Shown: piece after piece, positions 63,432 to 64,000 of the stretch | How the letters are laid out: every line of letters starts with the position of its first letter | Numbering within the stretch: position 1 is the first letter of the stretch | Assembly: GCA_963681965.1 (NCBI GenBank) | Contig: OY820579.1 | Coordinates: 3,680,001-3,744,000, forward strand | Origin: a bacterium | GTDB taxonomy: Bacteria > Electryoneota > JAOADG01 | DNA length: 64,000 bases | Direction of reading: 5' to 3' | Program-made: the position numbers and the translations under genes | Notes under the pieces: model-generated | Told to the model about the DNA's origin: nothing | The model's database searches: none | Seen by the model: only the letters and a program-made list of their open reading frames with translations

Positions 63432-64000
63432 CTACTTCCCACCATAGAATTGGAGATACCATTCGATAAAGCGCTTGATCCCCTCTTCCACAAACGTGGT
63501 CGGTTGATAGCCGGTATCGCGCGTCAGATCGGAGATGTCCGCCCAGGTATTCGGCACGTCGCCGAGTTGAATCGGTAACAATTCGACAATCGCTTTCTTG
63601 CCGAGATATTCTTCAATCAATTCGAGGTAGTGCCGCAGTTGCACCGGTCGACCGGAACCAATATTGTACACGCGGTACGGCGCAGGACTGCTGCCCGGAT
63701 CGGGTTGCAACGGATCCCAGTGCGGATTGGGTTCCGGGAATGTATGCATCACGCGGAAAATGCCATCGACGATATCGTCGATGTAAGTGAAGTCGCGACT
63801 CATTTCACCGTGATTGAACAATTGAATCGGTTCACCCGCGAGTATCCCCTTCGCAAACAGAAACAGCGCCATATCGGGACGACCCCACGGTCCATATACT
63901 GTGAAAAATCGCAGCCCGGTTGACGGGAGTGCAAACATCTGTGCATAACTGTGAGCGAGCAGCTCGTTCGCCTTCTTGCTCGCGGCATAGAGCGACACCG
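63432..64000 (-). CDS. NAD-dependent epimerase (UDP-glucuronate 4-epimerase-like), 5' end outside window
   Basis: [43 protein letters not shown]. Confidence 0.92.
   Translation of the reverse strand, partial: VSLYAASKKANELLAHSYAQMFALPSTGLRFFTVYGPWGRPDMALFLFAKGILAGEPIQLFNHGEMSRDFTYIDDIVDGIFRVMHTFPEPNPHWDPLQPDPGSSPAPYRVYNIGSGRPVQLRHYLELIEEYLGKKAIVELLPIQLGDVPNTWADISDLTRDTGYQPTTFVEEGIKRFIEWYLQFYGGK

Overview
64 kb of a moderate-GC diderm bacterium. Many secreted proteins end in a YPNPFN...K T9SS-type C-terminal sorting domain (CTD), so an FCB-group lineage is inferred. Left part: a minus-strand housekeeping run (DUF6754-like gene, Gfo/Idh/MocA oxidoreductase, folD, two glycosyltransferases, an eIF-2B-like protein) and a split B12-dependent acyl-CoA mutase with MeaB. 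The mutase has isobutyryl-CoA-mutase-type residues, and a Cys-rich sensor kinase lies between its two subunits. Middle: M6 metalloprotease, PDZ beta-propeller, ferredoxin, BCP peroxiredoxin, GT4, a DegT aminotransferase with an N-terminal extension, MarR + FmdB (probably a UGA-recoded selenoprotein), and a ~5.6 kb hybrid kinase broken by two in-frame stops. Right part: a ~19 kb tandem array of nine co-oriented CTD-bearing secreted proteins (P-domain, C-type lectin, 2 LVIVD, 5 YCF48-type). Their bodies differ, but the CTD cores are strongly homogenised at DNA level, including a 98-nt perfect identity between an LVIVD and a YCF48 gene. After it come ppdK fused to a histone-H1-like tail, a lipoprotein and a partial epimerase. 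Intergenic regions hold many REP-like palindrome families. I saw no tRNA/rRNA, CRISPR-Cas, integrase, transposase or reverse transcriptase. All calls are by-eye motif recognition; no searches were run.
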